Source: an uncultured Thermodesulfatator sp. (lineage in GTDB: Bacteria; Desulfobacterota; Dissulfuribacteria; Dissulfuribacterales; QOAL01). From it: 61,180 nucleotides of DNA. The stretch covers positions 1 through 61,180 of the forward strand of contig CAYZJS010000015.1 of NCBI GenBank assembly GCA_964478865.1, given 5' to 3'. Positions 1 through 10,106 of the stretch are shown one piece after another (position 1 is the first letter of the stretch; the number at the start of each line of letters is the position of its first letter). The position numbers and the translations under genes are program-made. The notes beneath the pieces were generated by a model. It had not been told where the DNA came from. It did not search any database and saw only the letters and a program-made list of their open reading frames with translations.

Positions 1-2898
1 ATTTCCAGCAAGGAAATGGAAGCCAGAATAAAGGATCTTGGCTATCCCATCAGGAACTACATGAGCACGCTTGAAGAATATGAGGCTCAGGATATCAGAA
101 AGAAGTTGAAGTTCCAGGAAAAGGAAGATCAGGAGGCCCAGGAAAAGCCCAAAAAGGTGATCCGGCGCCGCCACAAGGTGCTTCATATAAAGAAGATGAT
201 CATCAGGCGCAAGAAAGACTCGGAAGAGGAAGTGGTGGAAAAAGACCTTTCCGGGAAGACAGGGCCTGCAGTCACCGAATCTCCTGAAAAGGAAACAAGG
301 CAAGAGGCACCTGTCAGCCCTGAAGAAGAAACAAAAGAGGCCAAGGCCGAAGAAACCGCCAGGGAAACCGTTGCCGAAAAGCCATCCAAGGCTGAAACCG
401 TTGAGAAAGAGCCGGAACCCATAGCCAGAATAATACGCCCCGCCCCTGTCAAGGAAGAGAAGAAAGAGGTTGCAAAAGAAGAGGCCAAGCCCCCTGCAGC
501 CAAACCCGAAGAGAAGAAGGCGGAAGAGGTTGCCCCCGGAAAACCGGAAACCATTGAAGAGGCCCCTGCTGAGGAGAAAAAGGCAGCAGAGGAAGAGGCT
601 GAGATTTCCGAGGCTCCTGCTGAAGAAAAGGTTGCTGCCAAGGAGGAACCTGTAAAGGAAGAGGCCAAGGTGGAAGAGCAGCCAGAGGAAAAGGCCCCCA
701 AGGAGGAGAAGAAGGCTCCAGAGCCCAAGACCTTTGTCAAGATTCTGGACAGGCCAAGGATCGAGATACCCAAGGTCAAGAAACCGGAGAAGACCACTGC
801 TCCGGGTTCCAGGGGCAGGGCCAAGCCTGCCCAAGGAAAGCCGGCAGGTATGCCCGGTGCGGCAGGCCCCATGCCTGCAGCTCCCGGCAAGGGCAAGAAA
901 AAGGGCAAGAGGGTTGTAAAGGCGTCAGACCTTGAGACCCTTGGCAAGAAGAGGAGGCCAGTAAAGAAAAAGGCCAAGAGGGAATCCATCAGAAGGATCC
1001 TGGAGGAGGAGGCAGGAGTCTCCAGGGTTGGAAGGAAGGCCTCTAAGGCCAAGGGAGAAAAGGCTAAGCCAGTGGGAACCGCTCCCATCAGGGCCGAAAA
1101 GAGAAAGGTCCAGATGTCCGAGACCATCCAGGTCAGCGAACTTGCCAAGAAGATGGGAGTCAAGGTGGGCGAGGTCATAATGAAGCTCATGGGCCTTGGG
1201 GTCATGGTCACTGCTAACCAGACCATTGATTACGACTCGGCCGCCCTTGTTGCCTCTGAATTCGGCTACGAGGTTGAAAAGAAGGGTGTTGCAGAAGACA
1301 TCATCCAGATGCAGGAAGAAATCAAGGGTGGCGAGGCAGTGCCCAGGCCGCCTGTTGTTGCGGTCATGGGGCATGTTGACCACGGCAAGACCACTCTTCT
1401 CGATGCCATAAGGCGCTCGGACGTGGCAGCCAAGGAGGCGGGCGGCATCACCCAGCACATAGGTGCCTACGAGGTCCAGCTTCCTTCAGGGAACCAGGTT
1501 GTCTTTCTGGATACGCCCGGCCACGAGGCATTTACCTCAATGCGCGCCAGAGGGGCAAGTGTTACCGACATGGTCATACTTGTGGTGGCCGCAGACGACG
1601 GGGTCATGGCCCAGACCAGGGAGGCCATTGACCATGCCAACGCCGCAGGTGTTCCCATTATCGTTGCCGTCAACAAGATAGACAAGCCAGGCGCCAACCC
1701 CGACCGGGTGAAGAAGGAACTTGCAGAGATCGGACTCATCCCCGAGGACTGGGGTGGTGAAACCATATTTGTAAATGTGTCTGCCAAGCAGGGCACGGGC
1801 ATAGAAGAACTGCTGGAGATGATGGTTCTCCAGGCAGAGGTCCTGGAGCTGAAGGCCGTTCCGGAAAGGCCTGCCAAGGGGCATGTGATCGAATCCAGGC
1901 TGGACAAGGGCAGGGGGCCGGTGGCCACCCTCCTCATTCAGGAGGGCACGTTAAGGGTTGGAGACGCCATTGTTTGCGGCCTGCATCACGGCAAGGTCAG
2001 GGCCATGATCAACGACAAGGGTGAAAAGGTGGATTCCGCGGGGCCTTCGTCTCCCGTGGAGGTCCAGGGCCTTTCCGGTGTGCCCGAGGCCGGCAGTGAA
2101 TTTGTAGTGCTGCCCAGTGAGAAAAAGGCCAGGGAAGTTGCCGAATACCGCCAGAGAAAGGCCAGGGAGGCCGAACTTGCAAAGAGTACCAGGATGAGCC
2201 TCGAGTCGGTGTTCGAGAAGATGAAGGAGCAGGACCTGAAGGTGCTTCACCTGGTTCTGAAGGCGGACGTGCAAGGTTCCCTGGAGGCCCTTTCGGATGC
2301 ACTCAGGAAGCTTACCACAGAGAAGATAAAGATAGATATCGTCAGGGGCGGTATAGGCGCCATTACCGAATCGGATGTGCTCCTGGCATCCGCCTCAGAT
2401 GCCATCATAATAGGCTTCAACGTGAAACCGAGCCCCCAGGCCAAGCAGCTGGCAGACCAGGAACACGTGGATATCAGGTTCTATGACGTCATCTATCATG
2501 CCATCGAAGAGGTGAAATCCGCCATGACAGGGCTCCTTGAGCCTGTGTACAAGGAGGTCACCCTGGGAAGGGCAGAGGTCAGGCAGACCTTCCACATTAC
2601 CCGGGTCGGCACCATTGCCGGTTGCTACGTCCTGGAAGGCGTCATCAGGAGAAATGCCAATGCCAGGCTTCTCAGGGACAACGTGGCGGTCTACAAGGGG
2701 AAGATAGAATCCCTCAGGCGTTTCAAGGATGACGTCAAGGAAGTCCAGGCCGGTTACGAGTGCGGAATCGGTCTTGAGCGTTTCAACGACATAAAGGCAG
2801 GAGACGTGATAGAGGCCTTCGAGATGGAGGAAGTGGCCCCGGAACTCGGAAAGACAGAGGCTGAGCAGAAAGAGGCTGAAGGCACCACCAAGGGCTAG
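1..2898 (+). CDS. infB: Translation initiation factor IF-2 (5' end probably truncated by the window edge)
   Basis: ORF 16..2898. The frame stays open back to base 1, and the first residues (..[26 protein letters not shown]) look like the middle of the IF2 N-terminal domain. GTPase motifs [20 protein letters not shown] and NKID are present. A long E/K/A/P-rich linker precedes the G domain. Confidence 0.95.
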   Translation: MSSKEMEARIKDLGYPIRNYMSTLEEYEAQDIRKKLKFQEKEDQEAQEKPKKVIRRRHKVLHIKKMIIRRKKDSEEEVVEKDLSGKTGPAVTESPEKETRQEAPVSPEEETKEAKAEETARETVAEKPSKAETVEKEPEPIARIIRPAPVKEEKKEVAKEEAKPPAAKPEEKKAEEVAPGKPETIEEAPAEEKKAAEEEAEISEAPAEEKVAAKEEPVKEEAKVEEQPEEKAPKEEKKAPEPKTFVKILDRPRIEIPKVKKPEKTTAPGSRGRAKPAQGKPAGMPGAAGPMPAAPGKGKKKGKRVVKASDLETLGKKRRPVKKKAKRESIRRILEEEAGVSRVGRKASKAKGEKAKPVGTAPIRAEKRKVQMSETIQVSELAKKMGVKVGEVIMKLMGLGVMVTANQTIDYDSAALVASEFGYEVEKKGVAEDIIQMQEEIKGGEAVPRPPVVAVMGHVDHGKTTLLDAIRRSDVAAKEAGGITQHIGAYEVQLPSGNQVVFLDTPGHEAFTSMRARGASVTDMVILVVAADDGVMAQTREAIDHANAAGVPIIVAVNKIDKPGANPDRVKKELAEIGLIPEDWGGETIFVNVSAKQGTGIEELLEMMVLQAEVLELKAVPERPAKGHVIESRLDKGRGPVATLLIQEGTLRVGDAIVCGLHHGKVRAMINDKGEKVDSAGPSSPVEVQGLSGVPEAGSEFVVLPSEKKAREVAEYRQRKAREAELAKSTRMSLESVFEKMKEQDLKVLHLVLKADVQGSLEALSDALRKLTTEKIKIDIVRGGIGAITESDVLLASASDAIIIGFNVKPSPQAKQLADQEHVDIRFYDVIYHAIEEVKSAMTGLLEPVYKEVTLGRAEVRQTFHITRVGTIAGCYVLEGVIRRNANARLLRDNVAVYKGKIESLRRFKDDVKEVQAGYECGIGLERFNDIKAGDVIEAFEMEEVAPELGKTEAEQKEAEGTTKG

Positions 2899-3189
2899 AT
2901 GATCGTTGCAGTAGCCAGGATAAGGTTCAGGCTCCCGGCCAGCCACTCCCTCAAGGGCAAGCGTAAGGTGATGAAGAGTGTGCTGTCCCAGGTCAGGAAC
3001 AGGTACAACGTGGCATGTTCGGAGACCGATTTTCACGATGTGTGGCAGTCTGCTGAAATAGGCATATGCACCGTGGGCAACAGCGAGCCGGTCCTGTCTT
3101 CCGCCATGGAAAGGATCCTGGACTTTGTGGAAAATACCTGTCCGTGCGAAGTAGTTGATTCAGAACTTGAAATCATCCACATGGGTTGA
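2899..3189 (+). CDS. DUF503 (YlxP-like) small protein
   Basis: 96-aa ORF whose ATG directly abuts the infB stop. It sits in the conserved infB-DUF503-rbfA position. The sequence MIVAVARIRFRLPASHSLKGKRKV.. is typical of DUF503. Confidence 0.7.
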   Translation: MIVAVARIRFRLPASHSLKGKRKVMKSVLSQVRNRYNVACSETDFHDVWQSAEIGICTVGNSEPVLSSAMERILDFVENTCPCEVVDSELEIIHMG

Positions 3190-3584
3190 GTGATATGGAT
3201 TACGAAATATTTGAAGGCCTGCTTTCCAGGCAACCGGCATTTTCAAGGTCCGAAAGGGTGGCTGATCTCCTGAAGAAGGAAGTAGCATCGATGCTACTCA
3301 GGGAGATAAAGGATCCCAGGGTCCAGGGCATGGTCACGGTGATCTCCGTCAAGGTCACCAGGGATCTGAGGCACGCGGATTTTTTTGTATCCGTGCTTGG
3401 CGGGAATCCTGAGGAACGGGCTGCACTGAAGGGGCTTAGCAAGGCCACGGGTTTCATCAGGAGGAACCTGGGTAAGAGGCTGCACATGAGGCGGATTCCA
3501 GAGCTCCATTTCAGGCTGGATGAAACCATGAAGGCCCAGGAAAGAATAGAATGCCTTCTAAAGAAGATCCACGATGAAGCTTGA
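3186..3584 (+). CDS. rbfA: Ribosome-binding factor A
   Basis: 132-aa ORF containing RSERVADLLKKEVASMLLREIKDPR. TTG start at 3186, with an alternative ATG at 3195. Conserved position between infB and truB. Confidence 0.85.
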   Translation: MSDMDYEIFEGLLSRQPAFSRSERVADLLKKEVASMLLREIKDPRVQGMVTVISVKVTRDLRHADFFVSVLGGNPEERAALKGLSKATGFIRRNLGKRLHMRRIPELHFRLDETMKAQERIECLLKKIHDEA

Positions 3585-4578
3585 GCGCTCCCTGCAAGAG
3601 GCGGCGGAATTCATTGCCAGGGGCAACAGCTTTGTTCTCGCCGGGCATGAAAGGCCGGATGGAGATGCCGCAGGCTCTGTCCTTGGCCTTGGCAGGGCGC
3701 TTTCCAGCAGGGGGAAGGACGTGTTCCTTTTTGCCTCCGAGGAGATTTCCCACAGCCTTGCCTTTCTTCCAGGCTCTTCCATGCTCCGGACCAGGCTGCC
3801 GGAAAACCTGGCCGGGGAATATACCCTCGTGATGCTTGACTGTAACGAGGTGTCCCGGCTGGGAAACCTCGGAGAGCAGCTGGTAGGTGGGGCCGCATCC
3901 CTTGTGATACTGGATCACCACCTGGGAGGGGGAATCTGCCCGGAATTTCCCGGGCCATGTGTCAGTGTCATTGATACAGGGGCCTGCGCCACTGCTGAAA
4001 TATGCCTCAGGCTTCTAAAGGGGCTCAAATGGGAAATTTCCAGGGAAATAGCTACCTGTTTCTACACGGGCGTCCTGACCGATACCGGTGGGTTCCGATA
4101 CAGCAACACCAGCGCCCGTACGTTTCAGATCGCAAGGGAACTGGTCATGGCAGGCGCAGACCCTTACGAGATAGCCCTGAGCTGTTTCGAGTCCAAGCCG
4201 CTCTCAAAACTCAAGCTCCTCGGCCTTGCCCTGGAAACCCTGGAGGTATTTTATGACGGCAGGGTCTCGGTAATGGTCCTTACCCCGGAGATGTTTGCCA
4301 TTTGCGGTGCCAGGGAGGTTGAAACGGATGATTTCGTCTCATATGCCAGGGGGATAGACGGGGTAGAGGTTGCTGTTCTTATAAAGGAAGTGAAGCCCGG
4401 ACATGTTTCCGTAAGTCTCAGGTCAAAGCATTTTGTAAATGTGGCAGAGCTTGCCGGCAGGTTTGGCGGAGGCGGTCATTTCAATGCCGCAGGTTTCAAG
4501 ACCACTGGAGATCCATGGAAGGTAAAGGAGGAGGTGCTGGCCCTTGCAGGTGAGTTTCTGCTGGAGAAGGCGTCATGA
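3574..4578 (+). CDS. DHH/DHHA1-family phosphoesterase (NrnA-like oligoribonuclease/pAp phosphatase)
   Basis: 334-aa ORF with motifs GHERPDGDAAGS, ILDHH and GGGGHFNAAG. It overlaps the rbfA stop and the truB start. Confidence 0.8.
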   Translation: MKLERSLQEAAEFIARGNSFVLAGHERPDGDAAGSVLGLGRALSSRGKDVFLFASEEISHSLAFLPGSSMLRTRLPENLAGEYTLVMLDCNEVSRLGNLGEQLVGGAASLVILDHHLGGGICPEFPGPCVSVIDTGACATAEICLRLLKGLKWEISREIATCFYTGVLTDTGGFRYSNTSARTFQIARELVMAGADPYEIALSCFESKPLSKLKLLGLALETLEVFYDGRVSVMVLTPEMFAICGAREVETDDFVSYARGIDGVEVAVLIKEVKPGHVSVSLRSKHFVNVAELAGRFGGGGHFNAAGFKTTGDPWKVKEEVLALAGEFLLEKAS

Positions 4579-5525
4579 ATTCCGGTGTAATCCTGATAGA
4601 TAAGCCCAAGGGGATATCCTCATTCCAGGCTGTCAGCAGGGTGAGGAAAAAGACCGGCATAAAAAAGGCGGGGCATACCGGGACCCTGGACCCCATGGCC
4701 ACCGGGCTTTTGACCATATGCCTCGGACGGGCCACCAGGATGGCCAGATTCCTCACAGATGCCACAAAGACCTATCAGGGCACCATCACCCTGGGCGCAG
4801 AGACAGACACCTTCGACGCCATGGGTAGAGTCTTGAAGGAATATCCCCTGCCTGGAGACCTGGGCTTGGAACGCATCCAGGGGGTGGCAGACAGGTTCAC
4901 GGGGCTGTTGAGGCAGTCTCCTCCCCCGTTTTCAGCTGCCAAGCACAAGGGTAAGCCCCTTTACAAGCTTGCCAGGCAGGGCATAAAGGTGGAAAAACAG
5001 CCCAGGGACATAGAGGTGTACCGTTTCAATATTGATTCCTATGAGCCTCCGGTCCTGGCCTTTACTATTGATTGTTCCAAGGGTACGTACATCAGGTCCC
5101 TGGCCCATGATCTCGGGCAGATGCTGGGTTGCGGGGCATATCTTTCAAGCCTGAGGCGCACCAGGAACGGGATGCTGTCGGTGGACAGGGCGGTTCCCCT
5201 TGATGACTTCCTGCAAGGATTCAGGGCCTCGGAAATAAGGTCGTGGGTCATGCCTGTGGAACTGGTGCTTTCACACATACCCGCCATTTCCGTGGACAGG
5301 GATCAGGCCGTTTCCATACAGCACGGACAGGGCATGTCCATGGACATGGCGCTTTCATGCCTGGAGGAACAGGTCCCGGGGTTTGAAACCATTAGATCCA
5401 GCTACCTGCGCATACTTACCGGGACGGAAAGCGGGGAGGAAAGGCTGGTCTGCATGGCCAAGTGGCCCGGTGCTTCAGGGGACGAAGAGAAGATCGAAAT
5501 ACTCCGGGTTTGGAACCCAAACTAG
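4575..5525 (+). CDS. truB: tRNA pseudouridine(55) synthase
   Basis: 316-aa ORF with GILLIDKPKGISS-like N-terminus and catalytic GHTGTLDPMATGLL. Confidence 0.9.
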   Translation: MNSGVILIDKPKGISSFQAVSRVRKKTGIKKAGHTGTLDPMATGLLTICLGRATRMARFLTDATKTYQGTITLGAETDTFDAMGRVLKEYPLPGDLGLERIQGVADRFTGLLRQSPPPFSAAKHKGKPLYKLARQGIKVEKQPRDIEVYRFNIDSYEPPVLAFTIDCSKGTYIRSLAHDLGQMLGCGAYLSSLRRTRNGMLSVDRAVPLDDFLQGFRASEIRSWVMPVELVLSHIPAISVDRDQAVSIQHGQGMSMDMALSCLEEQVPGFETIRSSYLRILTGTESGEERLVCMAKWPGASGDEEKIEILRVWNPN

Positions 5526-5621
5526 GTTTATGCCCGTTTGGTGAAGGCGGGCGGCTAAAATACAAAGTGAAAATACAGTTTGAAAAAACAGACATCTTAA
5601 AAGACAAGGAGGAAGAAAGTT

Positions 5622-5891
5622 GTGGCTTTAGACCCTGTACGCAAAAGAGAAATCATTGATCGTTTCAAGACGCACAGCGGGGATACAGGTTCCCCTGAGG
5701 TACAAATCGCCATTTTGACCACCAGGATCAAGGATTTGACAGAACATTTCAAGACCCACAAGAAGGATCATTCGTCCAGGCGCGGGCTGCTGAAGCTTGT
5801 CGGCCAGAGGCGCAGGCTCCTGGACTACCTCAAGAGGCGGGACGTAGGGCGTTACAGAAAACTCATTCAGGAACTCGGATTAAGAAAATAA
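5622..5891 (+). CDS. rpsO: 30S ribosomal protein S15
   Basis: 89-aa ORF with a GTG start preceded by AAGGAGG at 5607-5613. The sequence [30 protein letters not shown] is the canonical S15 signature. Confidence 0.95.
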   Translation: MALDPVRKREIIDRFKTHSGDTGSPEVQIAILTTRIKDLTEHFKTHKKDHSSRRGLLKLVGQRRRLLDYLKRRDVGRYRKLIQELGLRK

Positions 5892-5915
5892 CATACAAGA
5901 TAAGGACGCAATTGA

Positions 5916-8000
5916 ATGGCAATTACGAGACTAGAAATTCAACTTAACGATCTTCCCTACGTAATGGAGACAGGGCGCCTGGCAAAGCAGGCCAACGGCG
6001 CGGTTCTGGCAAGCCAGGGGGACACCGTGGTGCTGGCCACGGCAGTCACGTCTGGCAAGCCTAGGGAAGGGGCGGATTTCCTCCCGCTGATGGTGGATTA
6101 CCAGGAGATGTACTACAGTTCCGGGCGCATTCCCGGCAACTATTTCAGGAGGGAGATCGGAAGACCCAGTGAAAAAGAGACCCTTACCTCCAGGTTCATA
6201 GACAGGCCGCTCAGGCCCCTGTTCCCGGAGGGCTATTTTTATGATACCCAGATCATAGTTTCGGCCCTTTCGGTTGACCCTGACATAGATGCCGACGTGA
6301 TCGCCATCACTGCTGCCTCTGCAGCCCTCATGGTGTCGGACATCCCCTTTGCAGGCCCCATTGCAGGCGTCAGGATAGGACACGTGGGAGACAGGTTCAT
6401 AGTCAATCCCACCAGGTCGCAGTTGATGGAGTCTGATCTCAACCTCATCGTGGCCGGCTCCCGCGATGCAGTGGTCATGGTGGAAGGTTGTGCCTCAATT
6501 GTGCCTGAGGAGGAGGTGCTGGAGGCCATATTCTTCGCACAGGAGGCAATCCAGCCCCTTATAAGCATGCAGGAGGAACTCAGGGAAAAGGCCGGAAAGG
6601 AGAAGTTCACGGTTCTGCCCCCGGAAAAGAACAAGGAGCTGGAAGACAAGGTCAGGGAAGTTGCCTATGAAGAGCTTAAAGATGTGCTCAACATCCCGGC
6701 AAAGGTTGAACGTTCCAGGGCCAAGAAACTTTTGACTGAAAAGGTCCTGGAGGAGCTTTCCGTTGCATGGCCCGATTCCCAGTCCCAGATCACAGGGGTG
6801 TTGAAGGACCTTGAAAAGGAGATAGTCAGGAACCGCATCCTTAACGAGGAGATCCGGCTGGACGGCCGCAAGTTCCACGAAGTACGCCCCATTTCGTGCG
6901 AGGTGGGAGTGCTCCCCAGGACCCACGGTTCAGCCGTATTCACCAGGGGTGAGACCCAGGTGCTTGCAGTGGCCACCCTTGGCAGCAGTGAAGACGAACA
7001 GAGGATAGAGTCACCTGCCGGCCAGGAATTCAAGCACTTCATCCTGCATTACAACTTCACTCCCTTCAGCGTGGGAGAGGTGAGGCCCCTTCGCGGGCCT
7101 GCAAGGCGGGATATCGGCCACGGCGCCCTGGCAGAAAGGGCACTTGCAGCAGTGGCTCCCCCACCGGAGGATTTCCTCTACACCATAAGGGTGGTTTCCG
7201 AGGTACTGGAGTCCAACGGCTCTTCATCCATGGCCACCGTGTGCGGTGGCTGCATGGCCATGATGGATGCCGGAATCCCCATAAGGGACGTGGTGGCTGG
7301 TATAGCCATGGGCCTCATAATGGACGAGGAATCGGGTAAATCGGTTATACTGACCGACATCCTCGGTGATGAAGACCACCTGGGAGACATGGACTTCAAG
7401 GTCGCTGGCACCCAGGAAGGCATAACCGCACTCCAGATGGATATCAAGGTCAAGGGCATCTCAAAGGAGATCCTCTCCAGGGCCCTTGCCCAGGCCAGGG
7501 AGGGCAGGGAGCATATCCTTTCAAAGATGCAGGAAGAGATTTCCGCTCCAAGGAAAGAGCTTTCTCCCTATGCCCCGAGGCTTACCAGCATCACAATCAA
7601 TCCCGAGAAGATAAAGGACGTCATAGGTCCTGGAGGAAAGACCATCAAGGCCTTGGTGGCCAGCACAGGGGCGAAGATCGACATCGAGGATACCGGCGAG
7701 GTCCACGTCTTCAGCAGCTCTCCGGAGTCTGCGGAAAGGGCCATAAAGGAGATCGAAAAGATCACCAAGGAGCCAGAGGTCGGAGAGGTCTACGAGGGCG
7801 TGGTAAAGAGAATAGTGGACTTCGGGGCGTTCGTTGAAATACTGCCCGGTACCGATGGGCTTCTCCATATTTCACAGATAGCCAATTATCGCGTCAACAA
7901 CGTGCGCGATGAGCTCAAGGAAGGAGACAGGATAAAGGTCAAGGTAATAGGAATAGATGACCAGCACAGGGTAAAACTAAGCAGAAAAGCACTCTTATAA
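5916..8000 (+). CDS. pnp: Polyribonucleotide nucleotidyltransferase (PNPase)
   Basis: 694-aa ORF with two RNase PH-like halves followed by KH and S1 domains (..GEVYEGVVKRIVDFGAFVEILPGTDGLLHISQI..). Lies directly downstream of rpsO. Confidence 0.97.
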   Translation: MAITRLEIQLNDLPYVMETGRLAKQANGAVLASQGDTVVLATAVTSGKPREGADFLPLMVDYQEMYYSSGRIPGNYFRREIGRPSEKETLTSRFIDRPLRPLFPEGYFYDTQIIVSALSVDPDIDADVIAITAASAALMVSDIPFAGPIAGVRIGHVGDRFIVNPTRSQLMESDLNLIVAGSRDAVVMVEGCASIVPEEEVLEAIFFAQEAIQPLISMQEELREKAGKEKFTVLPPEKNKELEDKVREVAYEELKDVLNIPAKVERSRAKKLLTEKVLEELSVAWPDSQSQITGVLKDLEKEIVRNRILNEEIRLDGRKFHEVRPISCEVGVLPRTHGSAVFTRGETQVLAVATLGSSEDEQRIESPAGQEFKHFILHYNFTPFSVGEVRPLRGPARRDIGHGALAERALAAVAPPPEDFLYTIRVVSEVLESNGSSSMATVCGGCMAMMDAGIPIRDVVAGIAMGLIMDEESGKSVILTDILGDEDHLGDMDFKVAGTQEGITALQMDIKVKGISKEILSRALAQAREGREHILSKMQEEISAPRKELSPYAPRLTSITINPEKIKDVIGPGGKTIKALVASTGAKIDIEDTGEVHVFSSSPESAERAIKEIEKITKEPEVGEVYEGVVKRIVDFGAFVEILPGTDGLLHISQIANYRVNNVRDELKEGDRIKVKVIGIDDQHRVKLSRKALL

Positions 8001-8016
8001 AAAAGGAGGTCCGCCA

Positions 8017-9294
8017 ATGGCGAAGGAATATTCCTTCCAGAAGACTGTACTCTCCAACGGAATCAGGGTGCTCACGGAAAAGGTGCCAGGGAGCCGGGCG
8101 GTTTCCATAGGTGTATGGGTAACTGCTGGTTCCAGGGACGAACCCTACGAACTGTCGGGGGTTTCGCACTTTATAGAACACATGATTTTCAAGGGCACGG
8201 AAAACAGGAGTGCCCTTGACATCGCCAAGACCTTCGACAGGCTCGGAGGCTTTTCCAATGCCTTCACATCCAAGGAAACCACCTGTTTTCATGCCAAGGT
8301 ACTGGATTCTCACCTGGACATCATAATGGATCTCCTGTCGGACATCTTCCTGAACTCGGTATTCGACCCCAGGGAAGTGGAACGGGAAAGACAGGTGATA
8401 CTGCAGGAGATCAGCATGGTGGAAGACTCTCCCGATGAGCTTGTGCATGAACTGTTCAATGCAAATTTCTGGCGGGGTAACCCTGTGGAGCGGTCCATCC
8501 TGGGGCAGCCCGACACGGTGGCAAGGATTTCGTCCCAGATACTAAAGACCCACATGCAGGAGTTCTATACCGGCAAGAAGGTCCTGATATCCGCATCCGG
8601 CAATATCGACCACGATGATCTGTGCTCCAGGGTTGACGGGCTATTTTCCTGCCTTGGAAACGGAAATCACCTGCCTTCCAGGACCGCTCCTTCTCCCAAT
8701 TTCGATGTATTTTTCAGGAAGAAGGACCTGGAGCAGACCCACATTCTAATTGGCCTTCCCGGGCCGTCATCCACCGACCCTGACCGCTACAAGATACTTC
8801 TCATGAACGTGATACTCGGGGGCTCCATGAGTTCGAGACTCTTCCAGGAAGTCAGGGAAAAACGGGGCCTGGCCTATGCGGTCTATTCCTTTGTCTCAAG
8901 CCTCCACGATTCGGGACTATTGGGGGTTTATGCCGGGGTTGCCCCGGAAAATACCCTTGAGGCGGTCTCCATTATCAAGCAGGAGATGGAGAAAATGGCC
9001 GCAGAGCCTGTGGGTGAAGCTGAGATCCAGGCTGCCAAGGACAACATCAAGGGTGGCCTGCTTCTATCTTCCGAAAATACGGACGCCAGGATGTCAAGGA
9101 TAGCCAGGAATGAAATAGACCTGGGGCAGTTTGTATCATACGAGGAGGTGGTGGAGGAAATAGAAGCCGTCACTCCAGGGGACATCCGGAAATGTTCTGC
9201 AAGGCTGCTGGAAAACGGCATGGCCGCAGCCTTTGTGGGGCCTTGCGAAGAAAAAGAGATAGAGGCATGCAGGGAAAAGCTGGCTCGCGCCTGA
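8017..9294 (+). CDS. M16-family (pitrilysin/insulinase-like) zinc peptidase
   Basis: 425-aa ORF with the inverted zinc motif HFIEH (HxxEH) in GVSHFIEHMIFKGT. This is the common pnp-M16-dut arrangement. Confidence 0.85.
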   Translation: MAKEYSFQKTVLSNGIRVLTEKVPGSRAVSIGVWVTAGSRDEPYELSGVSHFIEHMIFKGTENRSALDIAKTFDRLGGFSNAFTSKETTCFHAKVLDSHLDIIMDLLSDIFLNSVFDPREVERERQVILQEISMVEDSPDELVHELFNANFWRGNPVERSILGQPDTVARISSQILKTHMQEFYTGKKVLISASGNIDHDDLCSRVDGLFSCLGNGNHLPSRTAPSPNFDVFFRKKDLEQTHILIGLPGPSSTDPDRYKILLMNVILGGSMSSRLFQEVREKRGLAYAVYSFVSSLHDSGLLGVYAGVAPENTLEAVSIIKQEMEKMAAEPVGEAEIQAAKDNIKGGLLLSSENTDARMSRIARNEIDLGQFVSYEEVVEEIEAVTPGDIRKCSARLLENGMAAAFVGPCEEKEIEACREKLARA

Positions 9295-9731
9295 AGCTGC
9301 CCGTATTGGAACTGCCCCACTTCCAGGGGCTTTCCCTTCCGCGATACGTTACCGACGGAGCAGCGGGGGTTGACCTTCCTGCTGCCATACATGAACCCCT
9401 AACGCTTTCCCCCGGAGACATCAGGCTTGTGCCAACGGGGCTCTGCGTTGCAATACCTTCCGGATACGAGATCCAGATAAGGCCCAGGAGCGGACTTGCC
9501 ATAAAGCACGGCATTACGGTGGTAAATGCCCCGGGAACCATCGATTCCGATTACAGGGGCGAGATAAAGATAGGCCTGATCAACCTGGGGAAAGACGATT
9601 TCACCATAGAAAGGGGCATGAGAATCGCCCAGGCCATTCTCTCACGGACCTTCAGGATTCACTGGGAGGAATGTGACAGCCTGCCTGAAAGCAGCCGGGG
9701 AGAAGGTGGCTTTGGCCATACCGGGGTTTAA
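9267..9731 (+). CDS. dut: dUTP diphosphatase
   Basis: ORF 9192..9731. The ATG at 9267 gives a protein of about 154 aa with YVTDGAAGVDL, PRSGLAIKHGI, GTIDSDYRGE and GGFGHTG. The start is uncertain; TTG at 9306 is also possible. Confidence 0.85.
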   Translation: MQGKAGSRLKLPVLELPHFQGLSLPRYVTDGAAGVDLPAAIHEPLTLSPGDIRLVPTGLCVAIPSGYEIQIRPRSGLAIKHGITVVNAPGTIDSDYRGEIKIGLINLGKDDFTIERGMRIAQAILSRTFRIHWEECDSLPESSRGEGGFGHTGV

Positions 9732-9830
9732 GGCGGATCATGGCCCGAATGTACCGTTCATTCCTTTAACAGGTTCAGATAATATTCGCGGGATTGAGGA
9801 TGGCAGTTTCTGGCTGTATCGAACGGGAAC

Positions 9831-10106
9831 CTAGCTATTTCTTTTTTGCAAGGCTTTTTTAGATGCTTCTGCGGCCTGCTGGTAAATAGATTTTTCCCAA
9901 GAAGCAGGCAGGTTTTCTACACCTGCTTGAATCAGTGCCCTGTAAATTTTGGGTTTAACATGTGTGTCGAACATAATGTGGCACGTCGGGCACAACATTA
10001 AGATATTTGCACCTTTCTTTTTGGCTTCTGCAACAATGTGGGCCTTTTGCCTGACACTAATGTAATGCCCACATAATTCGCACATGCCCGCGGATCTATT
10101 TTTCAT
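9831..10106 (-). CDS. Small stand-alone HNH-motif protein
   Basis: An internal ATG (MKNRSAGM..) in ORF 9831..10289 gives 91 aa. The sequence CELCGH..KAHIV..ANILMLCPTCH fits the CxxC / H / N / CxxCH HNH finger. The start overlaps the napH stop by 11 nt. Confidence 0.55.
   Translation of the reverse strand: MKNRSAGMCELCGHYISVRQKAHIVAEAKKKGANILMLCPTCHIMFDTHVKPKIYRALIQAGVENLPASWEKSIYQQAAEASKKALQKRNS

Noticed and set aside
183-1226. 347-aa minus-strand ORF, plus several 60-180-aa ORFs on both strands, inside infB
   Set aside because: It lies antisense to or out of frame with a strongly conserved IF-2 reading frame. Its Ser/Ala/Phe-rich low-complexity translation mirrors the E/K/A-rich linker. 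This is a typical shadow ORF.
9192-9266. Upstream start (9192) for the dUTPase ORF
   Set aside because: It would overlap the M16 peptidase gene by about 100 nt and add a non-homologous Arg/Cys-rich leader. The ATG at 9267 gives a normal-length dUTPase.
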